From assembly GCA_963701965.1 (NCBI GenBank), contig OY969695.1:544001-608000 (forward strand): DNA of 64,000 bases, in the 5' to 3' direction. The DNA comes from an uncultured Gemmatimonadales bacterium (GTDB lineage Bacteria > Gemmatimonadota > Gemmatimonadetes > Gemmatimonadales > Gemmatimonadaceae). The translations under genes and the position numbers were made by a program. Below are positions 29,091 through 39,892 of this stretch, piece after piece; position 1 is the first letter of the stretch; each line of letters begins with the position of its first letter. The notes below the pieces were generated by a model, which worked only from the letters and a program-made list of their open reading frames with translations, was not told where the DNA came from and did no database searches.

Positions 29091-29136
29091 GAGAGGCGCG
29101 CAAAATATAGACGCGCGCGCGCTGCCCATGCCACTC

Positions 29137-30259
29137 TTACCGGACGGCGATGACGCGCTGGGCTTGAGCCGGGTCGAGCAGCGCCAAGATGCGGCGCGCA
29201 ATATGCTCCGCCGCATCGGGCCGTCCGCGCGCGCGCGCGGCGCGCGAGAGCGCCAATCGCCGGTCGCCGTTCAGCACGACATCGCCCACCACGCGCCGGA
29301 GGGCGGCGACGTCGAGCGTAGACTGGGGCAGATGGACCGCCGCCCCGGCCGCCGCCAGCGCGCGGGCGTTGGCGGTCTGATGATCGGCGGCCGCCGTCGG
29401 CAGCGGCACGAGGATCATCGGCAGCGCCCACGCGCAGAGCTCGGCCGTCGTCATGGCCCCCGCCCGCGCCATGACCACGTCACTCGCCGCATACGCGTCG
29501 GCGATCGGCGACAAATAGGGTCGCACACACACGCGCGCGCTGGCGCGCGCCGCGTGCGCGTCGAACAGCGCGCGCCCCGTGGCCCAGATGACGTAGAGAT
29601 CATTCGGGAATCCCCGCCGCGACCCAGGCGTCCACGACGGCGTTGAGTCCCCGCGCGCCCTGACTGCCGCCGAAGATCAAGAGCACGGTCCCGCCCTCGG
29701 CGGGGAATCCCCACGCCAGGCGCGCCGCCCGGCGATCGGGCAGTGGATTGGGCGGTGGGTCAATCGGGTTTCCCGTGTCGAGAAACGGCGTCCCGGCGCG
29801 CCGCGGGAGGTACGGGATGGCTTCGGGATATCCCAGGTACACCTCGCGCGCGAAGCGGCTGAAGGCGCGCGCGGTGAGCCCCGGGTGACTGTCGGCAACC
29901 TGTTCCACGAACCGAATGCCGTGGGCCAGTGCATAGCCCAACGCCACACCGGACGCGTATCCGCCGGTACCGATGACGAGGCGCGGACGATCGAGGGTCG
30001 CCAGCTGCCGCCAGGCATCCGTGGCGCCGCGCACGGTTCGCCAGTTCTTCCACACGCGCGGACGATACAGGGGATGCAGATCGAGCAGCGCATACGGGTA
30101 CGGCTGCTGCGGCAGCACGTCCCGTTCGATCCCGCGCCGGGCGCCGACGAAAAACGGCCGGGCGCGGGCGTCGGCATCGAGCCCAACGAGCGCGCGGGCG
30201 ATGGCGAGACCCGGATACAAGTGGCCGCCGGTGCCGCCACCGGCGAACCACACCGTCAC
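29137..30259 (-). CDS. murG: Undecaprenyl-PP-MurNAc-pentapeptide GlcNAc transferase; +1 frameshift at ~29603 (probable sequencing error)
   Basis: GGGTGGHLYPG, GTGGYAS and FGGSQGA in one frame; WATG, RAGAMT and DHQTANA in the next. Removing one base from CATTC (29601-29605) restores IPDDLYVIWATG. Confidence 0.93.
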
Positions 30260-31446
30260 GGCGCCGCGCCCGCGACCGCGCCCGCGACCGCGCCCGCGAC
30301 CGCGATGGGGTCGGTCGCGCCGGCGCCGATCACCCGCTCGCGATGACTGCCGATGTTCACGAGCAGCCCCGTCATGAACAGGGACAGAATCAGGTCGGAT
30401 CGTCCGTAGGAGATGAAAGGCAGCGTCAATCCCGTCGTCGGCAGAAGCCCGATCACGACGCCCAGGTGCAGATAGGCCGTGATCAACATCGTGAACGTCA
30501 GCCCGACGGCCAGCAACTGCTGAAACGGACTGCGCGCCGTTCGTGCAATGCGAAATCCGAGCCAGCCCCACAATGCGAAGGCCAGCGTCACCCCGGTAAT
30601 ACCGACAAACCCCCACTCTTCCCCGATCGTGCTCCCGATGAAGTCGTCGTAGGGAAACGGCACGAAACCGGCCTGCTGATGCCCGTGGCCAAACCCGACG
30701 CCCAGCAAGCGGCCGGATCCGACCGCGATCAGGGACTGGCGCAGCTGGTAGTTGACCGTGGTCACCGCCGGGCCGCTGTTGGCAAACGAGACCAGGCGGG
30801 CAATCACATACTGGAGGTGCTGCGCTTCGTGCCACAGGAGCGGCACCGCGACAACGCCCAGCGTGAGGAAGAACCCCACGCGCAACCCGCCGGCAAAGAG
30901 GACGACGGCCATCAAGAGCGTATAGAGCATGGCCGTCGACAGGTCCGGCTCCAGCACGGCCAGGACGTCGAGCGCCCCCACGACGACGAGAAACGGCAGG
31001 AAGCCGGTCGTCAACCGGTGGAGCTGGGGGCCCTTCTTGGCGACCAACATGGCCGTCCACACGACGACGGCGAGCTTCCCCAACTCCGACGGCTGGATCG
31101 ACGCGCCAATGAGAAAGCGCCGCGATCCGTGGATCACGGGCGCGATCGATCGCGTGAATGGCAGGATCGTCACCAACATCAAGACGAGCGTGAGCAGCAT
31201 GAGCGGCCAGGCCCACCGATACCATCGCTCGGCATCGATCTTGGCGGCGATGGCGAAGGCGACGACACCGATCGCGACGCCCGACAGCTGGCGCACGAGA
31301 TAAAATGCATTCGGCTTGTTCTGCTCGATCGCGTTGAGCGCGCTGGCGCTGTACAACACGGCGAGCCCGAACGCGAGCAGCGCGGCGGTGACCACCACGA
31401 GCGCGCGGGCCTCGACGTCCATGTGCCACCGGATGCGCTCGCTCAT
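30256..31446 (-). CDS. ftsW: SEDS peptidoglycan glycosyltransferase FtsW
   Basis: YSAS, QPSELGK, EPDL, DFIGSTIGEE, GLTLPFISYG; start revised to ATG 31446. Confidence 0.95.
   Translation of the reverse strand: MSERIRWHMDVEARALVVVTAALLAFGLAVLYSASALNAIEQNKPNAFYLVRQLSGVAIGVVAFAIAAKIDAERWYRWAWPLMLLTLVLMLVTILPFTRSIAPVIHGSRRFLIGASIQPSELGKLAVVVWTAMLVAKKGPQLHRLTTGFLPFLVVVGALDVLAVLEPDLSTAMLYTLLMAVVLFAGGLRVGFFLTLGVVAVPLLWHEAQHLQYVIARLVSFANSGPAVTTVNYQLRQSLIAVGSGRLLGVGFGHGHQQAGFVPFPYDDFIGSTIGEEWGFVGITGVTLAFALWGWLGFRIARTARSPFQQLLAVGLTFTMLITAYLHLGVVIGLLPTTGLTLPFISYGRSDLILSLFMTGLLVNIGSHRERVIGAGATDPIAVAGAVAGAVAGAAP
30266..30301. repeat. 12-bp tandem repeat GCGCCCGCGACC x3 at the ftsW 3' end (codes VAGA repeats)
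   Basis: Three perfect units at 30266, 30278 and 30290. Confidence 0.9.
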
Positions 31447-32774
31447 CCGGCGGCCAGCCGGGCGAAGGTGTCGCCGCGCTCGACGTAGTTCTTGAACATG
31501 TCGTAGCTCGAGCACGCCGGCGACAGCACGACCGCGTCTCCCGGCTGGGCCAGGGCGCGCGCGCGCGCGATCACCGCTTCGAAATCGTGGCCCAAGCGCT
31601 CGACGGGCACGACGCCGGCCAGGTCTCGCGCGATCAGGGGACCCGCCTCGCCGTAGGCGAGAACGGCCTTCCCGACGCGGCGGAGTGGAGCGGCGAGCGC
31701 GGTATAGGGCTCACCCTTGTGTCGGCCACCCGCGAGCAGGATCGTCGGACGCGTCATGCCCTCGAGCGCTACGAGCGTCGAGCTGACGTTGGTCGCCTTG
31801 GAGTCGTTGATCCATTGGACGCCTTGGTACTCCCCCACGATCTGCAAACGGTGCGGCAGAGCGCGAAACGTGCGCAGACCCTCGGCGAGGCGGCGCAGCG
31901 CGTCCGGCGCCCCATGCGCGGCGTCGGCGACGACGACAGCCAGTGCGGCGGCGAGGGCATTGGCGACGTTGTGATCGCCAATGAGGGCCAGGGCCGATCG
32001 CTCGAGGAGCGTGTCGGCGCCCAGCATCAAGAGGGCGCGGGCCCGATCGTAGGTCGCGGGTGCGGGGTGACCGGCCACCGAGAAGTGATAGTGCTTTCCC
32101 GGGACGCCGGCCACCAGGCCCAGCGAGGCGGGGTCGTCGGCATTGATGACCAACTCGGACCCGGCGCGGGCATTGGCGAAGAGCCGGCGCTTGTCGGCGT
32201 AGTAGTCCTCCACGCTCGCGTAGCGGTCGAGATGGTCGGGGCTCAAGTTCGTGAGCACGCCGACCATCGGGTCGATGGACGGCGTGTCGTGCAGTTGAAA
32301 GGACGACAGCTCGAGCGCGACCCAGTCCGGCGCCGTCCGGCGGAGCGCTACCTCGGTGAGGGGCAGGCCAATGTTGCCGGCGTCGACCGCGTCGTAACCC
32401 ATCGCCCGCAGCAGGTGGCCGACGAGCGCCGTCGTCGTCGTCTTGCCGTTCGTCCCCGTGACGGCGATGTAGCGTTGGCCGGGCATCGCGCGGAGGGCGA
32501 TTTCGATCTCGGAGACGATCGGCACGCCCGCGGCGCGGGCGGCCGCCAACGGCGGCGCGTCGGGCGGGATACCCGGGCTCGCGACGACTAAAGTCGCGCG
32601 AGCAATGCGCGGCAGGTCGTGCCTGCCGAGATCGACCGCGACGCCGGCCGGTGGAGACCAGACGATCGAACCGTCGGGGTCGGACGCGTACACGGGCCGC
32701 CCTTCGCGGGCCAGCAAGGCGGCCGCGGAGCGGCCGCTCTTGGCCAACCCGAGCACCGCGACTTCGCCCGTCAC
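31443..32774 (-). CDS. murD: UDP-N-acetylmuramoyl-L-alanine--D-glutamate ligase
   Basis: GLAKSG, SPGIP, TGTNGKTTT, ELSSFQL, NDSKATN, SPACSSYDMF; start revised to GTG 32774. Confidence 0.96.
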   Translation of the reverse strand: MTGEVAVLGLAKSGRSAAALLAREGRPVYASDPDGSIVWSPPAGVAVDLGRHDLPRIARATLVVASPGIPPDAPPLAAARAAGVPIVSEIEIALRAMPGQRYIAVTGTNGKTTTTALVGHLLRAMGYDAVDAGNIGLPLTEVALRRTAPDWVALELSSFQLHDTPSIDPMVGVLTNLSPDHLDRYASVEDYYADKRRLFANARAGSELVINADDPASLGLVAGVPGKHYHFSVAGHPAPATYDRARALLMLGADTLLERSALALIGDHNVANALAAALAVVVADAAHGAPDALRRLAEGLRTFRALPHRLQIVGEYQGVQWINDSKATNVSSTLVALEGMTRPTILLAGGRHKGEPYTALAAPLRRVGKAVLAYGEAGPLIARDLAGVVPVERLGHDFEAVIARARALAQPGDAVVLSPACSSYDMFKNYVERGDTFARLAAG

Positions 32775-33913
32775 CGCAGTTTGAGGGTGCTCAGCGCCAG
32801 CGTGGCGAACAGGATGCCCACGATCCAGAACCGCACGACGATCTGGGGCTCGGGCCATCCGAGCATCTCGAAGTGATGATGGAGCGGCGCGCGCCGAAAC
32901 ACGCGATGGGCCTGCGCGTACTCCAGACCGTGCCGTCGCTTGCGATACTTGAACACGCTGCGCTGCACGATGACGGACAAGCTCTCGGCCACGAAGACGC
33001 CGCCGATGAGCAGCAGCAAGAACTCCGACTTGAGCAGAATGGCGATGGCGCCGAGCGCGCCGCCCAGCGCCAACGAGCCGGTGTCCCCCATGAACACCTC
33101 GGCGGGGTACGCGTTGTACCAGAGGAAGCCGATCGTCGCCCCGAGGATCGCCGTGCAGAAGACCGTCAGCTCGCCCGCGCCACGGAGATAATAGATCTGG
33201 AGATAGGCGCTGGTATCCACGCGGCCGATCACATACGCAAACAACGCGAACGTGAGAGCCGCGATGGCGCTCAAGCCCGCCGCCAGGCCGTCCAAGCCAT
33301 CCGTGAAGTTGACCGCGTTCGACGTGCCGGTCAGCACGAAGGTGACGAATCCGACGTACAGCCACCCCAGCCACGCCGCGGCCGGCACCACGAGCACGTA
33401 CTTGAAGAAGGGCAGCGTCGTCGACGCGCCGGGAAGCGTCGAGATCGGAAATCGCCACAGGTAGAGACCAAGGGCGAGCCCGATCGACACCTGGCCGATC
33501 AGCTTGTACTTCTCGACCAGTCCGGAATTCTTCTCGCCGCGCCGCTTCTGCAGGAGCTTGAGGTAGTCGTCGAGAAATCCAATCATCCCCATCCACATCG
33601 TCACAATCAGCGCCAACACGACGTACCGATTGTCGAGCTTGGCCCACAGCAGAGTCGGGACAATGATCGCGCACAGAATAATGATGCCGCCCATCGTCGG
33701 CGTATTCTTCTTTCCGGCGTGGGTCGCGGGCGTTCCCTCGCGCACGACCTGGTTCACCGACATACGCCGCAGCCGCGCGATGATCGCCGGGCCGACGATG
33801 AACGCGACCACGAGCGACGTGACAAAAGCGCCCGCGGCGCGAAACGTGATGTAGTTGAAGAGGTTGAAGAGCTTGATCGAGCGCGATAGCGGCGCCAGGA
33901 AGTGGAAGAGCAC
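32771..33913 (-). CDS. mraY: Phospho-N-acetylmuramoyl-pentapeptide transferase
   Basis: TPTMGG, GFLDDY, NAVNFTDGLDGL, FMGDTGS, APLHHHFE; start revised to GTG 33913. Confidence 0.97.
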   Translation of the reverse strand: MLFHFLAPLSRSIKLFNLFNYITFRAAGAFVTSLVVAFIVGPAIIARLRRMSVNQVVREGTPATHAGKKNTPTMGGIIILCAIIVPTLLWAKLDNRYVVLALIVTMWMGMIGFLDDYLKLLQKRRGEKNSGLVEKYKLIGQVSIGLALGLYLWRFPISTLPGASTTLPFFKYVLVVPAAAWLGWLYVGFVTFVLTGTSNAVNFTDGLDGLAAGLSAIAALTFALFAYVIGRVDTSAYLQIYYLRGAGELTVFCTAILGATIGFLWYNAYPAEVFMGDTGSLALGGALGAIAILLKSEFLLLLIGGVFVAESLSVIVQRSVFKYRKRRHGLEYAQAHRVFRRAPLHHHFEMLGWPEPQIVVRFWIVGILFATLALSTLKLR

Positions 33914-35271
33914 TACGCGGTCGCTCCCGCCCAAGTGGTCAAGTGTGGTATCAGCCGCTCCAGTCGCACGCCCCGCGACGCCTTGATCAGGATCATGGCA
34001 TCCGCCGCCAGCCGCGGCTCCAGCCTCGGCCACAACTCGTCGACATCCGCCGCGGTGACCACGCGCGCGTCGCCCGCGGCGACGGCGGCCAGCGCCGGGG
34101 CAAAGTCGCCGATGCCCGCGACGACATCGAACGGACGGGACACCGCATCTTGGGCAATCATTGTGTGGAGGGAGGGAGCCTCGGGGCCGAGCTCGCGCAT
34201 CGTACCCAGGACGACCACGCGCTGGCGACCGGCACCGACGTGCGCCAAAAGATCGAGCGCCGCGCGCATCGAGGCCGGGTTGGCATTATAGGCGTCATTG
34301 ATCAACGTGGCGCCGCGAGCGCCCAGGGGCGCCCACGCCGACCGCATGGCCGGCGCCGGCGTCGCCGCGAGTCCCGCCCCGGCGCGCTCGGCCGACACCC
34401 CGCACGCCTCGGCGGCGGCCAGGGCGAGCATGGCGTTCCGCAGGTTATGGGCGCCGCGCAACGGGACCGTGACGTCGACACCCCGAATCCGCAGCGCCCC
34501 TTCCCCGGTTTCCGTGATGCGCCAGGTCTCGGGCCGCACATCCCCGGCATCGAGGCCCGCGGACAGGACCCGCCGGGCTTTGGCGCGCGCCAATGCCGCG
34601 AGCTCCGGCTGTTCAGCCGGGATGAGGCCCAAGGGCACGCCGTCGAAGACCGCGCTCTCTTCGGCCAGCACACCCGCCAGATCGCGGAAACCCTCCAAGT
34701 GCTCTTCGCCGATCGACGTCACCAGGGCCACGTCCGGCTCCACAATCGCCCGCAGGAGGGCCACTTCGCCTGGGTAGTTCGTGCCGATCTCGATGACGGC
34801 GACATTGGCGGCGTCGGGCGTCGCCAGGAGCGTCAGCGGCACGCCGATCTGATTGTTCAGGTTTCCGGCGGTCGCGTGGACCTCGAGCGCGGCGCCGAGC
34901 GCCGACCGCAACATCTCTTTCGTCGACGTCTTCCCGTTCGAGCCGGCGACGGCGATGACCGGCTTGCCCCAGGCGCGGCGCCGATACCGGGCCAGGCGCC
35001 CGAGGGCCGCGACCGTGTCCGGGACCTCGTACACCGGCACGCCCAGACCGCGCACCTGGTCCAGTTTCGACACGATGACCGCCGCGCAGCCTCGATCGAC
35101 CGCCGCGCGCAGGAAATCGTGCCCATCGAATTGATCGCCGGTGAGAGCCACGAAGACATCGCGGGGGTTGACCGAACGCGTGTCCGTCGACACGCCGGCC
35201 ACCTCGGCGGAACCGCGCGGTCCCGTCCCCAGCGCCTGGGCGATCCGATCCAACGACCAGAAGGTATTCAA
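33913..35271 (-). CDS. murF: UDP-MurNAc-tripeptide--D-Ala-D-Ala ligase
   Basis: GSNGKTSTK, GNLNNQIGVP, NDAYNANP, MRELG, KASRG. Confidence 0.96.
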   Translation of the reverse strand: MNTFWSLDRIAQALGTGPRGSAEVAGVSTDTRSVNPRDVFVALTGDQFDGHDFLRAAVDRGCAAVIVSKLDQVRGLGVPVYEVPDTVAALGRLARYRRRAWGKPVIAVAGSNGKTSTKEMLRSALGAALEVHATAGNLNNQIGVPLTLLATPDAANVAVIEIGTNYPGEVALLRAIVEPDVALVTSIGEEHLEGFRDLAGVLAEESAVFDGVPLGLIPAEQPELAALARAKARRVLSAGLDAGDVRPETWRITETGEGALRIRGVDVTVPLRGAHNLRNAMLALAAAEACGVSAERAGAGLAATPAPAMRSAWAPLGARGATLINDAYNANPASMRAALDLLAHVGAGRQRVVVLGTMRELGPEAPSLHTMIAQDAVSRPFDVVAGIGDFAPALAAVAAGDARVVTAADVDELWPRLEPRLAADAMILIKASRGVRLERLIPHLTTWAGATA

Positions 35272-36725
35272 CGAAGGATGCCCCGCACGATGGCGCGCTC
35301 GTCGAACGGATAGGCCGTCGTCCCGCGCACTTGATACGTCTCGTGCCCCTTGCCCGCCAGGACGATGACGTCGTCCGGGGCGGCCAACGCGATCGCCCGC
35401 GCGATCGCGCGCTCCCGATCCTCGATCCGCTCGTGCGGCCGCGACATGCCGGCCTCGATCTCATCGAGGATGCGCTCCGGATCCTCGGTCCGCGGGTTGT
35501 CGCTGGTGAGAATGACGGCATCGGCCAAGCGCTCGCTCACGGCGCCCATGGCCGGTCGCTTCCCCCGGTCCCGATCGCCACCGGCGCCGACGACGATGAT
35601 CAACCGCCCGTGCGTAAACGGCCGCACGGCCTCGAGCGCGCGGACAATCGCATCGGGGGTGTGCGCGTAGTCGCGCAACACGGTCGGGCGCTCGTGCAGG
35701 ATTTCCAGGCGGCCCGGGATCTGCGGAACGGTCTGGAGTCGTTCGGCAATGACGTCTGGGGGCCAGCCGAGCGCCCATGCGGCGCCCGCGGCGCCGAGGG
35801 CGTTCTCTACGTTGAATGCACCGATGAGTGGCAACGCGACGTCGAATTGCGCCGAGCCCAAGATCAGATCCCACGCGCTGCCGCGCGGCGCGAAGCGCAC
35901 GCGGGTGGCGCGCACGTCGGCGGCGCCGCCTGCGGCCGAGAACGTGATCGTGCGGGGCGCCGGCGGCAGATGCGCCCAGGCCCTGTCGTCGGCGTTGACG
36001 ATGGCCGCGCCGTCGCGGGTCAGATAGGAGACGAGACGCGCCTTGGCCGCGAAATACGCGTCCATGGTGCCGTGGTAGTCGAGATGGTCCTGCGTCAGGT
36101 TCGTGAACAGGGCGGCGTCGAATGGCATCCCGTCGATGCGGTGCTGATCGAGACTGTGCGATGAGGCCTCCATCGCCAGTGTGCGCACGCCGCGGTCGAC
36201 CAGCTCCCGCAACAACTGCTGGAGCGCGATCGGTCCGGGCGTGGTGAGCCCCGTTTCCCCGATCGATTCCCCGTCGCCTGCACCGAGAAACACGCCGACA
36301 GTGCCGAGCGACGCGCTCCGCGCCTGCGGCTCGTCCAGCAGATGGCGCAGGAGGGCCACCGACGTACTCTTGCCGTTTGTTCCTGTCACGCCGACGGCCC
36401 GGAGCGCGCGCGCCGGAAACCCGTACGCCGCGGCCGCCGCCGCCGCGGCGGCCGGGCGCGTGTCGCGCACGACGAACGCCGGCAGCGACGTGCGCGCCGG
36501 ATCATCGACGATCGCGCCTGTCGCCCCGGCGCGCTCGGCGGTCGCCAAATAGTCGTGGCCATCGCGCGCCGAGCCGCGGACGGCCACGAACAGCGCGCCC
36601 GTCTCCACCGCCCGACTGTCATCGGTCACCATGCGGAACTCGGCCGGCAACGCCGGCGATTCCGTCACCAGCACGCCCGCATCGGCGAGCGCGCGGGCCA
36701 CGGCGCGGCGCGCCACCGGCGTCAC
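35268..36725 (-). CDS. murE: UDP-MurNAc-L-Ala-D-Glu--meso-diaminopimelate ligase
   Basis: DSR, GVTGTNGKST, EASSH, DHLDYH, DYAHTPD, DNPR (m-DAP-specific), GKGHE; own GTG start at 36725 overlapping the ftsI stop. Confidence 0.95.
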   Translation of the reverse strand: MTPVARRAVARALADAGVLVTESPALPAEFRMVTDDSRAVETGALFVAVRGSARDGHDYLATAERAGATGAIVDDPARTSLPAFVVRDTRPAAAAAAAAAYGFPARALRAVGVTGTNGKSTSVALLRHLLDEPQARSASLGTVGVFLGAGDGESIGETGLTTPGPIALQQLLRELVDRGVRTLAMEASSHSLDQHRIDGMPFDAALFTNLTQDHLDYHGTMDAYFAAKARLVSYLTRDGAAIVNADDRAWAHLPPAPRTITFSAAGGAADVRATRVRFAPRGSAWDLILGSAQFDVALPLIGAFNVENALGAAGAAWALGWPPDVIAERLQTVPQIPGRLEILHERPTVLRDYAHTPDAIVRALEAVRPFTHGRLIIVVGAGGDRDRGKRPAMGAVSERLADAVILTSDNPRTEDPERILDEIEAGMSRPHERIEDRERAIARAIALAAPDDVIVLAGKGHETYQVRGTTAYPFDERAIVRGILR

Positions 36726-38663
36726 GGCGCGCCCTCGCCGAGTCGAACCAGCGATCCGCCCGGCACCACCGTGTGCGCGGCGGGCATCGTCGTCCCGCCC
36801 GGCGCCTCGATGAGCGCCACCTCGAATCCCGCCCGATGCAGCGTCCGCACGGCCGCGCGCAGGCTGAGACCGTGCACATCCGGCACGGGCCGCGGCGCCG
36901 CCGCCCGCGCCGGCGGCGCGGGTGCCAACGGCAGCGCCACCGTGATCGCGCTCGGCGCCGACGTGTCGGCGATCACCTCGGCGGCGGCGAGCGTCGTCTC
37001 GCGCGCCGCCAGCACCGAGCGGTCGAGCGCCGCATCGCGGGCCGCGATCGCTGCCTCCAATACCATTCTTGGAGAGCGGGGCCGCCGTCTTGGCCGCAAA
37101 ATATTCCTCGCCGCGCGCCGGCGGATCGTTGATTTTCACCAGGATAACGTACTGCGGATCGTGCGCCGGGAAGAGTCCGACGAACGTCGCCGTGTATGCG
37201 TGCGGGACGTAGCCCCGGCCGGGCGCCGTGCGCCGCGCCGTGCCGGTCTTGCCTGCCACCGCGAAGGTCGACAAATCCGCCGCGGCGCCGGTGCCGTGGG
37301 CGACCGTCTCGCTCAACATGTCGCGTACCGTGGCGGATACCCCCGATGGCATGACGCGGCGCACCACCCGGCGCGTGTGCCGGTAGACGACCGTCCCGTC
37401 GGCGCGCCGGATCTCGCGGATGAGCCCGGGCTCCAGCAACTCGCCGCCGTTGGCGATCGCGGCATAGGCCAACGCCAGCTGCAACGGCGTGACCGCGACC
37501 TCGTATCCGATCGCCAGCGACGCCGGCGACTGCTTGGACCAATCGACGGGTGGGCGCAGGGTGCCTGGCGACTCGGACGGATAGGGCGTCCCCGTCGGCA
37601 TCCCGAACCCAATGTCGCGCAACGCCTGATACTCCTGGGCCGGCGTCAAGCGCTCGGCGAATTGCGCGATGCCGATGTTGCTCGACAACCGGATGACCTC
37701 CTGCAGGGTCATCCGGGCCGCCTTGTGCTCGTCGGTGAGGCGGCGCCCATTCAACTCGAACGAGCCGTTGTGCGTGTCGATCGTATCGGTCGGTCGGGCT
37801 TTGCCCAGAGCGAGGAGCGCCGCCGCGATGAACGGTTTGATCGTCGACCCCGGCTCGAACGGCTCGGTGAGCGCCGTGGGCACCGCGAGGCGCGGGTCGG
37901 CGCGGCGCGTGGCCATGGCCAGCACGGCGCCGTCGTGGGGATCGACGACGACGATGTCGCCGCCGCTGGCCCCTTGGCCTGTCACCGCTTCGGCGAGGGC
38001 GCGCTCGCAGATTTCCTGCAAGGCGTGATTGATGGTGAGCACGACGGTGTTCCCGTCGCGCGCCGGCGTCGCCGAGTCGCCCGGGGCCGCGAACTGCGTG
38101 CCGCGCGCATCGCGCGTGAGGGTCTCGCGCCCCGCGTCGCCGCGCAGGACCGTATCCAATGCCTCCTCGAGGCCATCGGGCGGGACGCCGTTGCTGCCGA
38201 TGCGTCCGATCAGCGGTTGCAGACCGGCCGACACGTTCGGCTCGCGATCGATGAGCGGCTCCGGGTGCACCCCCGGGGTAGCGAGGATCGCCGCGACGTC
38301 GCTGGGCACGTAGTGCCCCGGGAGCTCCACCCACTTCTCGGCCGTGTCCGTCGCCCGGCGCACCCACGGCGCCGGAACTCCGGCGCGCGCCAGCGCCGCG
38401 CCGAGCGCGCGCCGGTCCTTGACCTCGCGCGGGGCGACGCGGATTTGGACGACACGGCGGCTCTCCACGAGCACGGCTCCGGTCGCATCGAGGATCGGGC
38501 CTCGGGGCACCAGCTCCGGCGTGCGCGCCAGATGCTGGCGTTCGGCTTTCGCCGCCCACGCCCGTCCTTCCCACAGCTGCACTTGTGCCGCCTTCGCGAT
38601 GAGGGCCACGACGAACGCGACCAGGGACGCGTGGATGATCGCGACGCGGCTAATGCGGCGCAT
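36722..38663 (-). CDS. ftsI: Penicillin-binding protein FtsI/PBP3 with C-terminal PASTA domain; +1 frameshift at ~37066 (probable sequencing error)
   Basis: RGPILD, EPGSTIK (SxxK), SSN (SxN), KTG. The C-terminus with a PASTA-like VPDVHGLSLRAA lies in the adjacent frame after CATTC at 37064-37068. Confidence 0.92.
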
Positions 38664-38943
38664 GGCTCAACACGATGACCTGGCTGTCGTCGGGCACCCG
38701 CATGTGCAACCGCTGCTCGGCGATGGCGCCGAGGCGTTCGCGGTCCGACATCATCCGAATGTCGCTCTCCAGTTTCGTCGCTTGTCCGTCCAACGTGGCG
38801 CGCTCGACCTGCAGCCGGCGCACTTCGGCGGCCTCACGGAGACCGATCGTGCGGCGCCAGATGACCGCCAATGCGATGACGACGAAACCCACGAGGATGA
38901 GGGCGACGCGCGTCCGCCCGCGCGCGGGCTTTCGAGCCGCCAC
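38650..38943 (-). CDS. ftsL: Cell division protein FtsL-like
   Basis: Short basic N-terminus, single TM, coiled coil, AEQRLHMRVP; lies between rsmH and ftsI. Confidence 0.8.
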   Translation of the reverse strand: MAARKPARGRTRVALILVGFVVIALAVIWRRTIGLREAAEVRRLQVERATLDGQATKLESDIRMMSDRERLGAIAEQRLHMRVPDDSQVIVLSHAPH

Positions 38944-39888
38944 CTAGGCCGCCCTCCACACGCGCAGCCGGGCGCTCCGCGCGCGCCCATTGCGCGCGAT
39001 CTCGGTCTCCGTGGCGACCGCGGCTTTGCGGGTCACCAGGGTGCCGAGGGCGCGGGCACCGCACGTGCAGCGCGGCGCCAGCGGAGGGCAGGTGCAGGCG
39101 CGCGAAGCGGAGCTCCAGTCGCGAAAGGCATTCTTCACGATGCGGTCCTCGCCCGAATGGTAGGCGATGACGGCGAATCGTCCACCGCTCAGGAGCCGGT
39201 CCCTGAGCCGCACCAGGCCTTCGGCCAACCGCTCCAGCTCGTCGTTCACCGCGATCCGGACCGCCTGGAACAACCGGGCGAAGTCGCCCGGTCCACTGCG
39301 CGGTCCGAGGACCTCGCGAATGGCGCCCACGAGATCGTCGCTGGTCTCGAAGGGCCGCGTCTGGCGGCGCCGGACGATCGTGCGGGCCAGCCGCGCGCCG
39401 CGTGGCTCATCGCCGTACGATCGGAAGATCGTCGTCAGGGTCGGCTCGTCGCTCTCATTGAGGATCGCCCGCGCATCGGTCTCCACGTCCCGCATGCGCA
39501 TGTCGAGGGGGACGCCCGGCCGAAACGAGAAGCCCCGCGCCGGGTCGTCGATCTGGTGGGACGAGATGCCGAGATCGAGCACGACGCCATCATAGCGCAC
39601 CCCAGCCAGAACGGGGACGCTATCGATCTCGGCAAAGTTGGTCTCGAAGGCGCGAAACCGGCCGTCGGCTTCCGCGGCTGCCAGACGGCGCCGCGCCGCG
39701 GCGAGCGCTTCGGGGTCTTGATCGAGTCCGTCGACGATGGCCCCGGCATCGATCAGGGCGGCGGCGTGACCGCCGCCGCCCAGGGTCCCATCGAGCACGC
39801 GCGTGGCCCCGCGCAGGTGGTCAACGACGGCGTCGACCATGACCGGGGCGTGGTAGGGAGAATCCCACCGCGCCCCTGCGTCAGTCAT
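38944..39888 (-). CDS. rsmH: 16S rRNA m4C1402 methyltransferase
   Basis: HAPVM, DGTLGGGGH, DLGISSHQ, PLDMRM, FQAVRIAVN, YHSGEDR, RARSARLR. Confidence 0.97.
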   Translation of the reverse strand: MTDAGARWDSPYHAPVMVDAVVDHLRGATRVLDGTLGGGGHAAALIDAGAIVDGLDQDPEALAAARRRLAAAEADGRFRAFETNFAEIDSVPVLAGVRYDGVVLDLGISSHQIDDPARGFSFRPGVPLDMRMRDVETDARAILNESDEPTLTTIFRSYGDEPRGARLARTIVRRRQTRPFETSDDLVGAIREVLGPRSGPGDFARLFQAVRIAVNDELERLAEGLVRLRDRLLSGGRFAVIAYHSGEDRIVKNAFRDWSSASRACTCPPLAPRCTCGARALGTLVTRKAAVATETEIARNGRARSARLRVWRAA

Positions 39889-39892
39889 ACGG

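Noticed and set aside
35268..38663. Apparent 1131-aa FtsI-MurE fusion in the ORF track
   Set aside because: It results from the +1 insertion at ~37066. The bridging translation is junk, while the adjacent frame holds the real FtsI C-terminus with PASTA and a stop that overlaps a proper murE GTG at 36725.
29137..38663. murG and ftsI as pseudogenes or programmed frameshifts
   Set aside because: These are normally essential genes with otherwise intact motifs. The single-base insertions share one sequence context with those in unrelated genes and lack slippery-site features, so sequencing error is more parsimonious.
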